Of a stretch of 64,000 nt of DNA, positions 51,027 to 59,779 are shown piece after piece (the stretch's first letter is position 1; every line of letters begins with the position of its first letter). The notes under the pieces are model-generated. The model was not told the DNA's origin, made no database searches, and saw only the letters and a list, made by a program, of their open reading frames with translations. A program made the position numbers and the translations under genes. The DNA comes from an uncultured Myxococcales bacterium (GTDB taxonomy: Bacteria > Myxococcota_A > Polyangia > Fen-1088): contig CAZYFU010000001.1 in the NCBI GenBank assembly GCA_964647025.1, positions 66,964 through 130,963 of the forward strand, written 5' to 3'.

Positions 51027-52487
51027 CTATGCCTTTGCAAGCGTGATCCGGAAGACCGAGCCCACGCCGATGGTGCTCTCGGCCGCTATCGTACCGCCCG
51101 CGCGCTCGACCAGGCGCTTCACGATGGCAAGACCGAGTCCGTTGCCGTCGATGTCGCGGGTCTCTGACCGCTTCTCCCGAAAGAACTCCTCGAACAGGTG
51201 TGGCAAGTTCTCGGGCTTGATGCCGATGCCGGAGTCTGCGACCTCGACCAGGATCTTGCCGCCGGCCTGTTTCGCGGACACCTGCAAGCTGCCGCCATCT
51301 CGGCCGTACTTGATGGCGTTGCCGACCAGGTTGCCGAGGACGGTCTTGAAGTCCTCGTCGCCGATGCTCGCCCGTGGCAGGTTGGCTTCGACGAGCACGG
51401 TCGCGTCCAACTGGCGGGCGGCGATCCTGGGTCGATACAAGTCGATGGTCATCGCCACGGCGGTCGCGACGTCGGTCGGCGGCTCGCTGGCGTTTGCCGT
51501 TCGCTCGAGGTCGATGCGCGAAAGCGACAGCAACTCGCCGATCAGCTCCACCAGACGATCGATGCGGTGGTCGGCGCGTTCGAGGTACGGCAAGTACGGT
51601 TCGAGCTTGTCGCCCAAGCTCTTCTCGGTGGCCACCTCGAGCAAGCTGCGGATGGCGCCCAACGGCGACCGGAACTCGTGCACCATGGTCCGGATGAAGC
51701 GCGGCTTCTCCATGGCCATCTTGCGCAGCAAGGTCACGTCCGCGAGGGTGAGAATCCGGCCCAGGGCTGAGCCGTCGTTGCCGTGAAACGTGACCACGCT
51801 GGCAAAGAAGATGCTATCGCCGATGGTGAGCTCGGCGACCCGCTGCTCGGGCTGATCCTTCTCGGACAACAGGCTGGCCAGCCCCGCCAAGCTGTCGTCG
51901 GTCAGCACGGTGTCGATGGGCATGCGCAAAAGCTCGGCGGAGGTCCGCCCCAAGAGCTTCGCCATCACATCATTGGCCAGCGCCACCTCGCGCTCGCGAT
52001 TGATCACCAAGACCGCGTCGTGTAGCGATGCCACGAGGGACGCGGTTTGGCTCTTCTCCGTGGCCAGCGCAAGCAGGTTGGCCTCGTTCTCCTTGCGCAG
52101 CTTCTCGGCTTCTTCTCTGAGCTGCTTGTGTCGGGCAAGCGTCTCGATCACGCCGAGCAAATCGTCGGGAGAGAACGGCTTCGGCAAGAAGAAGTCCACG
52201 CCTTGCCTGGTCGCCGCGATCGCCGTGTCGATGTTGGCGTACGCCGTGATCATGCAGGTGGAAGTGGCGAGCTTGCGGCTGCGCATCGACGACAACAGCG
52301 TCAGCCCGTCGATGTCGGGCAACTGGTAGTCGATCAGCGCGACGTCGAAGTCGCATTTCTCGAGCAGATCGAGGGCCTGGTGTCCGTTCTCGGCGACCTC
52401 GACGGCATACCCTTCCAGCTCGAGGATCTGGCGGATCCCCGAGCGGACACCGTACTCATCGTCGATGACCAGGACCCTCGCCGGCAT
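51027..52487 (-). CDS. REC-PAS-histidine kinase (hybrid, receiver at N-terminus)
   Basis: REC (VLVIDDE...ALIDYQLPDIDG), a PAS-like middle region, H-box (VHEFRSPLGAI), N-box (GNAIKY), and G-boxes (DSGIGI, GNGLGL). Confidence 0.85.
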   Translation of the reverse strand: MPARVLVIDDEYGVRSGIRQILELEGYAVEVAENGHQALDLLEKCDFDVALIDYQLPDIDGLTLLSSMRSRKLATSTCMITAYANIDTAIAATRQGVDFFLPKPFSPDDLLGVIETLARHKQLREEAEKLRKENEANLLALATEKSQTASLVASLHDAVLVINREREVALANDVMAKLLGRTSAELLRMPIDTVLTDDSLAGLASLLSEKDQPEQRVAELTIGDSIFFASVVTFHGNDGSALGRILTLADVTLLRKMAMEKPRFIRTMVHEFRSPLGAIRSLLEVATEKSLGDKLEPYLPYLERADHRIDRLVELIGELLSLSRIDLERTANASEPPTDVATAVAMTIDLYRPRIAARQLDATVLVEANLPRASIGDEDFKTVLGNLVGNAIKYGRDGGSLQVSAKQAGGKILVEVADSGIGIKPENLPHLFEEFFREKRSETRDIDGNGLGLAIVKRLVERAGGTIAAESTIGVGSVFRITLAKA

Positions 52488-52490
52488 GGG

Positions 52491-52910
52491 CTAGCCCGCG
52501 GCCGCGACCTTGCCCAGCTCGAGCTTCTCCTCGACGACCTTGAGGAGCTGTCGGCCGGTCACCGGCTTGTCGAGGAACGCATCCAGCTTGATCCAGTCCT
52601 TGAGCGCCGCGATCTCCGCGGAGAACTTGTGGCCGGTGGCGGAGGCAACGCCCGAGAGCATGAGGATCGGCACCTTTGCCATAGCTGGATCCTGGCGAAT
52701 CTTGCGGCTCAACATGAACCCGGAGTCGTAGTGCTCCATCATGAGATCGAGGACGATTACGTCGGGCTTCTCTTGCGAGACGCGCTCGAGTGCGCCATCC
52801 ACACGGTCCAGGGTCACCACCTCGAAGCCGCGCGAGCTGAAGAATGCGGTTTGCGCGGAAAGAAAGTCGCGATCGTCATCGACAAACAGAATCTTGGGGC
52901 TTTTCGCCAT
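52491..52910 (-). CDS. single-domain response regulator (REC only)
   Basis: ILFVDDD...VIVLDLMM...LDKP. AAGGAG SD 8 nt upstream. Overlaps the tail of the upstream kinase by 35 nt. Confidence 0.85.
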   Translation of the reverse strand: MAKSPKILFVDDDRDFLSAQTAFFSSRGFEVVTLDRVDGALERVSQEKPDVIVLDLMMEHYDSGFMLSRKIRQDPAMAKVPILMLSGVASATGHKFSAEIAALKDWIKLDAFLDKPVTGRQLLKVVEEKLELGKVAAAG

Positions 52911-54900
52911 GAAGCGTACTCCTTCTCAACGATTGGGTTTTCGGTAACTCGATGGTGAACGTGGTCCCGGTGCCAGAATCGGAATCGAACCAGATGCGAC
53001 CGTTGTGCATCTTCACGATGCCGTAGGCGATGGGAAGGCCCAGCCCAGTACCACGTCCAAGGCTCTTGGTGGTGAAGAATGGCTGAAAGACTTTGTCGCG
53101 CGCTTCGGGGGCGATGCCGCGGCCCTCGTCGCTGACACAGATGTGGACCCGGCCGGGCACGCCATCGTCGACGCAGAACAGACGGACTCTGCCCGCCCTG
53201 CCCTCCATCGCCTCGATGCCATTCTTGACCAGGTTGATCAGGACTTGGCCCATTTGGTCCTTGTCGAGATCGACCGCGAGATCCGGCGGCGCCTCGCAGG
53301 TGATGCGCAGCCCCGGTCCGGTGTCGCGCAAGGCGAACAGCGACTCTTCCACGACGCGCTGGAAGAGCTCGGCAAGGTTCGTGCGCTCGAGCTGAACCCG
53401 GTTTTGTCTGGCGAAGTCGAGCAGGTTGCCGATGATCTTCTTGCAGCGGTTGGCCTCGTCGACGAGCAGCTTGAGGTCGTGGTCGAGGTCGGGGCGTTCC
53501 TTGAGCTTGCGCGCGAGCAGGTTGGTGTAGAGGAGGATGGTTCCAAGAGGGTTGTTCAGCTCGTGCGCGACGCCGGCCGCCATCTGTCCCATCGAGGCCA
53601 GCTTCTCGGTGTTGATGAGGTGGCGGTGGATATCTCTGAGGTTCGGCCACGGAACGTTCAGCTCATGGCAGACCCGCTCGGCCTGCTCGATCATGAAGGG
53701 CAAGCACATGGCCTCTTCCGCCAGGCCTCGATGCACCGCGACCGCCTTGGCACGACAGGTCTCGTACCCGCAGGCACCACAGTTGAGCTCGTCTTCGGCG
53801 GTGAACTTGTTGGTGCGGGCAAGGATCACGCGGATCTCCTGCTCGGTGGGCTGTTTCAGGCGCTGGTCGTCGACCGTGAACTTGCGGTGCAGATCGACCG
53901 GTGGGATCGCGCTGGGATCCTCGCTAGGTTCGGACATGCGCGACTTCACGTACTCGGCAACGAGCCGCTTGCGCTGTGGCCGCCGCTCCACCCCCCGCAT
54001 GGCGGGGCCATTGTAGCAGCCATGGCACATGAGTGGCTCGATGAACAACGGTTCGGGATCGTCCGGCCGAAGATCGTCCAAGGCATCGAGGATCTCGGCC
54101 GCGCCAGACAGCACCATCACCTCGGTGTTGAGCGAGCTGCGCTCGAGCCCAGCGCCTTTGAGCAGACCGCCGACCAGTGGGTACAGTCGGCCGTTGCCCG
54201 CGCGCGGAGGATCGAATTCGCTCGGCGTGGCCGAGCTGATCTTGATACCGCGCTCGATGAACATGCGTCGCATTTCATCGAAGGTCAGCACCGCATCCAC
54301 GACCCGTGGAACCTGGGGGTCGCGCATCTCCTGCTTCTTCGAGACGCAGGGTCCGATGAAGACGCACGCGTGATCGGGGCCGTGCAGTGCCTTCACCGCC
54401 ATCGCGGTTGCGATCATCGGGGAAACGATGGGCACCAGGCACCCGACCAGATCGGGCAAGTACTTGCGGACGTACTCGACCACCGCCGGACACGCGGTCG
54501 CGAGCCGCGTCCCCGTCGGGTGCTCCTTGATGAAGGCGCGATAGGCCTGGTTGGTGAGATCGGCGCCGAAAGCGACCTCGACGACCTTCGCGAAGCCGAG
54601 GGCACGCAGAGCGCCAACCAGTCGAGCCGGGTCATGTCCAGAGTCGTCCGCCGGGAAAGCCGGGGCAACCATCGCCACCACCGGCTTTCCCTTGGAGAGC
54701 AGCTCGAGGACTTGCTCGGTGCTGCTCTCGTAGGCCTTGGCACCCTGTGAACAGACCACCGTGCAGTTGCCGCACGCGATGCAACGCTCTTTGACGACGG
54801 AGGCCTGGCCCTCGACGATCTTGATCGCCTTGGCCGGGCACTCGCGTACGCACGAGTAGCAGCGGCGGCAGTTCTGCAGGATGGTCTCGATCACACCCAT
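52876..54900 (-). CDS. [FeFe]-hydrogenase-like H-domain fused to histidine kinase (HydS-like putative H2/redox sensor kinase)
   Basis: N-terminal 2x[4Fe-4S] ferredoxin motifs. Degenerate H-domain motifs (LATACPAV, GPCVSKKQE, EPLMCHGCYNG). Cx2Cx4Cx16C motif at C374-C399. Then HisKA (AHELNNPL) and HATPase (NLVKNGIEA, DEGRGI, GTGLGL). Confidence 0.85.
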   Translation of the reverse strand: MGVIETILQNCRRCYSCVRECPAKAIKIVEGQASVVKERCIACGNCTVVCSQGAKAYESSTEQVLELLSKGKPVVAMVAPAFPADDSGHDPARLVGALRALGFAKVVEVAFGADLTNQAYRAFIKEHPTGTRLATACPAVVEYVRKYLPDLVGCLVPIVSPMIATAMAVKALHGPDHACVFIGPCVSKKQEMRDPQVPRVVDAVLTFDEMRRMFIERGIKISSATPSEFDPPRAGNGRLYPLVGGLLKGAGLERSSLNTEVMVLSGAAEILDALDDLRPDDPEPLFIEPLMCHGCYNGPAMRGVERRPQRKRLVAEYVKSRMSEPSEDPSAIPPVDLHRKFTVDDQRLKQPTEQEIRVILARTNKFTAEDELNCGACGYETCRAKAVAVHRGLAEEAMCLPFMIEQAERVCHELNVPWPNLRDIHRHLINTEKLASMGQMAAGVAHELNNPLGTILLYTNLLARKLKERPDLDHDLKLLVDEANRCKKIIGNLLDFARQNRVQLERTNLAELFQRVVEESLFALRDTGPGLRITCEAPPDLAVDLDKDQMGQVLINLVKNGIEAMEGRAGRVRLFCVDDGVPGRVHICVSDEGRGIAPEARDKVFQPFFTTKSLGRGTGLGLPIAYGIVKMHNGRIWFDSDSGTGTTFTIELPKTQSLRRSTLHGEKPQDSVCR

Positions 54901-54915
54901 GACCCGGACTCTCGT

Positions 54916-56637
54916 CTACTCTTCGGCGACTGCCCCCTCGCGCCTGCGGTCCACGTACTTGCGGTGCAGCAGGTGGTGGCTGATCTCCCCAAGCGGCTTC
55001 CCGAGCATGCTGCTGTACAGCTCGGTCACCTCTTCGTTCTCGTGCGAAACCTTCAAGGTCGCACGACGGTCGGCATCGTAGATGCGCTCGAGGCGCACGC
55101 GGATGCTCTCCGGATCCGTATCGTAGGGTTGACCGCCGCCGCCGATGCAGCCGCCGGGGCAGGTCATGACCTCGATGAAGTGCAGGTTCGAGTTGCCCTT
55201 CTTGAGCGGGTCGAGCATCGGCTGCAGCCGGCCGATGCCGTTGACGATCCCGAAGTTCAGCGTGGTGCCGGCCACGTCGATCGAGAAGCTCTTCAGGCCT
55301 TCGAGGCCACGCGCCTCCTCGATCTTGAAGCCGCCCTTGAGCTCGGTGCCCGTGAGCATCTTGTGCGCGGTCCGGATGGCCGCCTCCATGACGCCGCCGG
55401 TGCCGCCGAACAACCGCCCGGCGCCGCTGGCCGACGAGAACGGCGGATCCAGCGTGCCCTGCTCGGTCATCTCGTTGATGTCGATGCCAAAGCGTCCGAA
55501 CAGCTGCTCGATCTCGCGCGTGGTGAGCACGAAGTCGACGTCGCCCAGGGTGCTGGCCTCGACCTTCTTCGCCGTGCACGGCATGAACGACACGCACACC
55601 AGCTTCTTCCCGCCGAGGTCGCGGAACTTCGGGTACGTGTCTTTGATGAGCGCCGCCGCCATCTGCTGAGGGGACTTGCAGGTGGACAGGTGCGGAATGA
55701 GGTCCGGGCGGTGCTTCTCCACGAACTCGATCCAGCCAGGCGAGCAGCTGGTGAACATGGGCAGGGGACCACCGGTCTGCACGCGTTTGATGAGCTCGGA
55801 CACCTCCTCCATGATGGTGAGGTCGGCGGCGAAGGCCGTGTCGAACACGGCGCCGAAGCCGATCCTCTTGAGGGCCGCAGCCAGGCGGAGCAGCATGGTC
55901 TTCACCGAGCTGGCCTGGGCCTTCTCCATCAGCGTCGCGGGCACGGCCGGTGCGACCTGCGCCACCACGATGGTGTTCGGATCGCCGAGCGCCTTCACCA
56001 CACCCTCGACATGGCTCTTCTCCATCAGGGCCGCGGTCGGGCAGACGCGCGTGCACTGGCCGCAGGAGATGCAGGTCGACACGTTGATGCCGTCGTGGAA
56101 GCCCGGGCCGACGTGGGTCTTGATGCCACGCTCGATGAAATCGATGGCGCCGATACCCTGCACCTGGTGACAGACGGTCACGCAGCGTCCACACAGGACG
56201 CACTTGTTGGCGTCGCGCACCATGGCCGGCGACGACAGGTCGATGGGGTGGTTCTTCTTGAGACCGCGGTAACGACGCTCACGCACGCCCAGCTCGCTGG
56301 CGATCTGGGCGAGATCGCAGTTCTGGTTGCGCTCGCAGACCAAGCAGTCGTTGGGGTGGTTCGCGATGAGCAGCTCGGTGATGTTGCGCCGAACCGATTG
56401 CACGCGGGGCGAGCGGGTCTTGATCTTCTGCCCGTCCTTGGCCTCCAACGTGCAGCTCGTCTGCAAGCGCGGCATGCCTTCGACCTCGACCAGACACATG
56501 CGGCAGGCCGCATCCGACTTGCACGCCCAATCCAAGGCACACAGGTGCGGAATCGAGATGCCTGCCCGGCCGGCAGCCGAGAGCACCGTCTCGCCGGGGG
56601 TAAATTCAACTTCTTTGCCGTCGACAACGATACTCAT
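54916..56637 (-). CDS. hydA: [FeFe]-hydrogenase catalytic subunit, M3-type HydA (module 2)
   Basis: Internal ATG of track ORF 54916..56958, overlapping the hydB stop (ATGA). Same domain order as module 1, with motifs TSCSPGW, MPCTAKKVE and EVMTCPGGCIGGGGQP. Confidence 0.9.
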   Translation of the reverse strand: MSIVVDGKEVEFTPGETVLSAAGRAGISIPHLCALDWACKSDAACRMCLVEVEGMPRLQTSCTLEAKDGQKIKTRSPRVQSVRRNITELLIANHPNDCLVCERNQNCDLAQIASELGVRERRYRGLKKNHPIDLSSPAMVRDANKCVLCGRCVTVCHQVQGIGAIDFIERGIKTHVGPGFHDGINVSTCISCGQCTRVCPTAALMEKSHVEGVVKALGDPNTIVVAQVAPAVPATLMEKAQASSVKTMLLRLAAALKRIGFGAVFDTAFAADLTIMEEVSELIKRVQTGGPLPMFTSCSPGWIEFVEKHRPDLIPHLSTCKSPQQMAAALIKDTYPKFRDLGGKKLVCVSFMPCTAKKVEASTLGDVDFVLTTREIEQLFGRFGIDINEMTEQGTLDPPFSSASGAGRLFGGTGGVMEAAIRTAHKMLTGTELKGGFKIEEARGLEGLKSFSIDVAGTTLNFGIVNGIGRLQPMLDPLKKGNSNLHFIEVMTCPGGCIGGGGQPYDTDPESIRVRLERIYDADRRATLKVSHENEEVTELYSSMLGKPLGEISHHLLHRKYVDRRREGAVAEE

Positions 56638-58655
56638 ACGGACGCCCTTTCTTCTTCTCCCGGTTGAACCATGTGGATGGAGTGCTTGGGGCACGCGGTC
56701 ACGCAAGTGCCGCAGCCGATGCAACGGTCGACGATGATGTAGTGCGCTTGCTTGCGCTCGCCGACGATGGCGTTGCTTGGACACGATTTCTTGCAGATGA
56801 GGCAGCCGATGCAGGTCGCGTTGTCGACCTGGTACACCGCCAGCCCTTGGCACTGCCCGGCCGGGCAGCGTTGATCGATGACGTGCGATTCGTACTCGTG
56901 GCGGAAGTAGCGCAGGGTCGACAGCACGGGGTTGGCTGCCGTCTGACCGAGGCCGCACAGCGAGGCCTCCTTGACCGTCGAGGCGAGCTCTTGCAGGTGC
57001 AAGACGCCGCGGATGCGCTCGAGGCGCTTCTCCTCGTCACCAACGGGACGCTCGGTGATCGAGGTGAGGATCTCCAGCATTCGGGTGGTGCCTTCGCGAC
57101 ATGGGGTGCACTTGCCGCAGGATTCGTTGCGGATGAACTCCATGAAGAAGCGAGCGACGTCGACCATGCAGGTACGCTCGTCCATGACGACCATACCGCC
57201 CGAGCCCATCATCGCACCGAGCTCGATGAGCGTGCCGTAGTCGGTGGGCGTGTCGAAGTAGTCGCTCGGGACGCAGCCGCCCGAGGGACCGCCCATCTGC
57301 ACGGCCTTGATCTTGTGGCCGGGCAGCGCGCCGCCGCCGATGTCCTCGACGATAGTGCGCAGCTTGATGCCGACCGGGACTTCCACGAGGCCTGTGTTGC
57401 AGATGGTGCCGGAGAGGGCGAACACCTTGGTACCGGCTGCCTTGCCGAGGCCCAGATCCTGGAAGTACTGGGCGCCGCGGTCGATGATGACCGGAACGTT
57501 GGCCAGCGTCTCGACGTTGTTGAGCACGGTGGGCTTGCCGTGAAGACCGGCGATGGCGGGATACGGGGGACGCGGACGGGGCATGCCGCGGCCACCTTCG
57601 ATGCTGGCAAGAATCGCGGTCTCTTCACCGCAAACGAAGGCGCCTGCGCCCTGCTTGATGGTGATGTCGAACGAGAACAGGCTGCCGAGGATGTTGTTGC
57701 CGAGCAGACCGACGCGACGGAGCTGCGCGATGGCTTGCGAGAGGCGCTCGATGGCGAGCGGATACTCGGCGCGGCAGTAGATGTAGCCCTTGCTCGCGCC
57801 GATCGCGTACGCGGCGATGAGCATGCCTTCGATGACGAAGAAAGGATCGCTCTCGAGGACCGCGCGATCCATGAACGCGCCGGGGTCGCCTTCATCGGCG
57901 TTGCAGATGAGGTACTTCTGCGCGCGCGGCGTCTGGCGGGCGATGTTCCACTTCTGTCCCGTGGGGAAGCCTGCACCGCCGCGGCCACGCAGGCCGGATG
58001 CGAGGACTTCGTTGCAGACCTCTTCCGGGGTCATGTTGCACAGGGCGCGCGCCGCGGACTTGAAGGCGCCGGCGGCCAAAGCGGAATCTAGGTTCGACGG
58101 GTCGATGATACCGGCGTTGCGGAGCACGACCTTCACCTGGCGCTTGAAGAAGTCGGTGCTGTTGATCTCGGGGATGTCCGACCAATTCGGGCCAGCCTCG
58201 CCATGACGAGCGAAAAGGAAACTGTTGCGCAGGTTCTTCTTGATGAAGACCTCGTCGAGCAGTTGGTCGATGTTGCCTGGGTTGATGTCGGCGTAGGCGA
58301 GGCGCGGGCTGTCAGGCAACTGCACGTCCACGAAGAGCTCGCGCTGGCAGTAACCCACGCAGCCGGTCTCGATGATCTCGGCGGCGATCTTGTTCTGCTC
58401 CAGGAACTGGACGATGCGGGCGATGACCTTGGTCGAGCCGTTGGCACGGCCGCAGGTACCGGCGCCCACGAAGATCAGCGTGCCCTCCCCGCCGCGACGA
58501 ACCTTGGCGAGCAGGCTCTGCCGGGCCTTCCGGCAGGACTCGCTGTCGTGACAAACGGGTCCCTCGGAGATGCACTTGATGAGGTCACGACACGGGCTTC
58601 CCGGCCGGTGCGTGCACCGGTCGCAACATGGGGCGATGAGACTACTTGTCCGCAT
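56634..58655 (-). CDS. hydB: NuoF-like flavoprotein subunit HydB (module 2)
   Basis: N-terminal 7-Cys motif (CCDRCTHRPGSPCRDLIKCISEGPVCHDSESC) and a thioredoxin-like [2Fe-2S] domain. NuoF core (GRGGAGFPTGQKW, ESCGKCTPCREGT) and C-terminal 2x[4Fe-4S]. Confidence 0.9.
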   Translation of the reverse strand: MRTSSLIAPCCDRCTHRPGSPCRDLIKCISEGPVCHDSESCRKARQSLLAKVRRGGEGTLIFVGAGTCGRANGSTKVIARIVQFLEQNKIAAEIIETGCVGYCQRELFVDVQLPDSPRLAYADINPGNIDQLLDEVFIKKNLRNSFLFARHGEAGPNWSDIPEINSTDFFKRQVKVVLRNAGIIDPSNLDSALAAGAFKSAARALCNMTPEEVCNEVLASGLRGRGGAGFPTGQKWNIARQTPRAQKYLICNADEGDPGAFMDRAVLESDPFFVIEGMLIAAYAIGASKGYIYCRAEYPLAIERLSQAIAQLRRVGLLGNNILGSLFSFDITIKQGAGAFVCGEETAILASIEGGRGMPRPRPPYPAIAGLHGKPTVLNNVETLANVPVIIDRGAQYFQDLGLGKAAGTKVFALSGTICNTGLVEVPVGIKLRTIVEDIGGGALPGHKIKAVQMGGPSGGCVPSDYFDTPTDYGTLIELGAMMGSGGMVVMDERTCMVDVARFFMEFIRNESCGKCTPCREGTTRMLEILTSITERPVGDEEKRLERIRGVLHLQELASTVKEASLCGLGQTAANPVLSTLRYFRHEYESHVIDQRCPAGQCQGLAVYQVDNATCIGCLICKKSCPSNAIVGERKQAHYIIVDRCIGCGTCVTACPKHSIHMVQPGEEERASV

Positions 58656-59115
58656 GGGCCTCTCCTTCAGCTACGGTGTCGAGGAGACGGTCCAGCTTCT
58701 CCACGTCGAGATGGCCGTAGAACTCGCCATCCAATTTGATGACCGGCGCGATCGAGCAGGCCCCGAGGCAAGCCACCGTGATGACGGTGAACTTGTTGTC
58801 CGGCGTATTGCCGTTGGGCTTCAGGTTCAACTTGCGCTGCAGGTGCTGCGCGAGCTTCAAGCTCTGCTTCACGTGGCAGGCAGTGCCCCGGCACACTTCG
58901 ATGACGTGCGTGCCCTTGGGCGCGAAACGAAACTGGTTGTAGAAGGTCGCCACGCCGTAGACGCGGCTCTCGGGAACGCCGATCGCCTCGGCCACTTTGG
59001 CCATGGCGTCTTGCGAGACATAGCCTTCTTTCGCCTGAATCTCCTGCAAGATGGGGATGAGGTGCTCTTTGCAGAGCTCCTCATGTCCCGCAATGATCTG
59101 ATCCACGTGACACAT
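58642..59115 (-). CDS. hydC: NuoE-like [2Fe-2S] subunit HydC (module 2)
   Basis: NuoE signature (GVATFYNQF, CRGTACHV, CLGACSIAP). Overlaps the hydB start by 14 nt. Confidence 0.9.
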   Translation of the reverse strand: MCHVDQIIAGHEELCKEHLIPILQEIQAKEGYVSQDAMAKVAEAIGVPESRVYGVATFYNQFRFAPKGTHVIEVCRGTACHVKQSLKLAQHLQRKLNLKPNGNTPDNKFTVITVACLGACSIAPVIKLDGEFYGHLDVEKLDRLLDTVAEGEAHADK

Positions 59116-59181
59116 ACTGCTTACCTCGGGTGCTGCTCGGTGGGTGGTGGGAGGAGGAGTGGTGGGAAAAACTCGGATGGG

Positions 59182-59601
59182 CTACGCGGTGGCGGCCTTC
59201 GTCGCCTCGGCTTCCGCGAGAAGCTGGCGAATGGTCGCGAGAAGCTCAGGCATCGCGACCGGCTTCTTCATCAGCTTCGCGGCCGGCCAGTCGCGGCCAT
59301 TGATGAAGTCGAAGGACTCCCGCTTCGCAGCCATGTGATCCATGAAGCCCGTCATGAGGACGATGGGGATCTGGCGCGTGGCAGGGTCGGCTTCGAGCTT
59401 GTAGGCGACGGTGAAGCCCTCGGCGTCCGTGTCCATCATGACGTCGAGAACAATCAGGTCGGGCTTCTGGGCGGAGATGGCCTTGAGCGCGTCGGTACCG
59501 TTGTGCTCCGTGGCCACCTCGAAGCCGTTGGCTTCGAGCACGGCTTTGGTTGACGCAACGAGATCCTTGTCATCGTCTACGAGCAAAACGCGCTTCCTCA
59601 T
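59182..59601 (-). CDS. single-domain response regulator (REC only), first gene of module-2 operon
   Basis: VLLVDDD...LIVLDVMM...MKKP. It is a paralog of the REC at 52491-52910. Confidence 0.85.
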   Translation of the reverse strand: MRKRVLLVDDDKDLVASTKAVLEANGFEVATEHNGTDALKAISAQKPDLIVLDVMMDTDAEGFTVAYKLEADPATRQIPIVLMTGFMDHMAAKRESFDFINGRDWPAAKLMKKPVAMPELLATIRQLLAEAEATKAATA

Positions 59602-59710
59602 GGCTGTCTCCTTATGGTTGGTCCTTCAACTGGATCGGCAGGTCATTTGAGAACTTCGGTTTGAGCCTCGGTGCATTCGTGAACAGTTGCTCTCCGGTTA
59701 TCGGATTCAC

Positions 59711-59726
59711 AGTGAAAACTTTCACA
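59711..59726 (-). promoter_or_regulatory. Rex-box-like palindrome upstream of the REC-hydCBA operon
   Basis: AGTGAAAACTTTCACA matches TGTGAA-N4-TTCACA at 15 of 16 defined or flanking positions. It lies ~110 nt upstream of the 59601 ATG and directly downstream of rex. Confidence 0.55.
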
Positions 59727-59779
59727 GTTTTGCAAAATCTCTAGAGCCCCCCCCGACGCACACCATCCATCGTCTTGGG

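Noticed and set aside
54916-56958. N-terminal extensions of long track ORFs (54916..56958, 41625..43127, 31561..32556, 22378.., 25326.., 26606.., 27379.., 28641.., 60581..62209, 33696..34958, 35662..37029)
   Set aside because: The upstream parts are Arg/Pro-rich and overlap the preceding gene in another frame. Family-conserved N-termini begin at internal ATG/GTG codons that abut or overlap the upstream stop, so I used the internal starts.
53005-58091. Plus-strand ORFs of 581, 567 and 475 aa (53005-54750, 54964-56667, 56664-58091)
   Set aside because: All are antisense to the sensor kinase, hydA and hydB of module 2. Their composition is low-complexity and G/D/L/A/R/V-rich.
59128-59165. G-rich tract (ggtgggtggtgggaggaggagtggtggg) between the REC gene and hydC, a possible G-quadruplex or C-rich mRNA element
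   Set aside because: It has only three GGG runs plus GG pairs. The intergenic spacer is short, and a normal GAGG SD follows. This is insufficient to claim a structured element.
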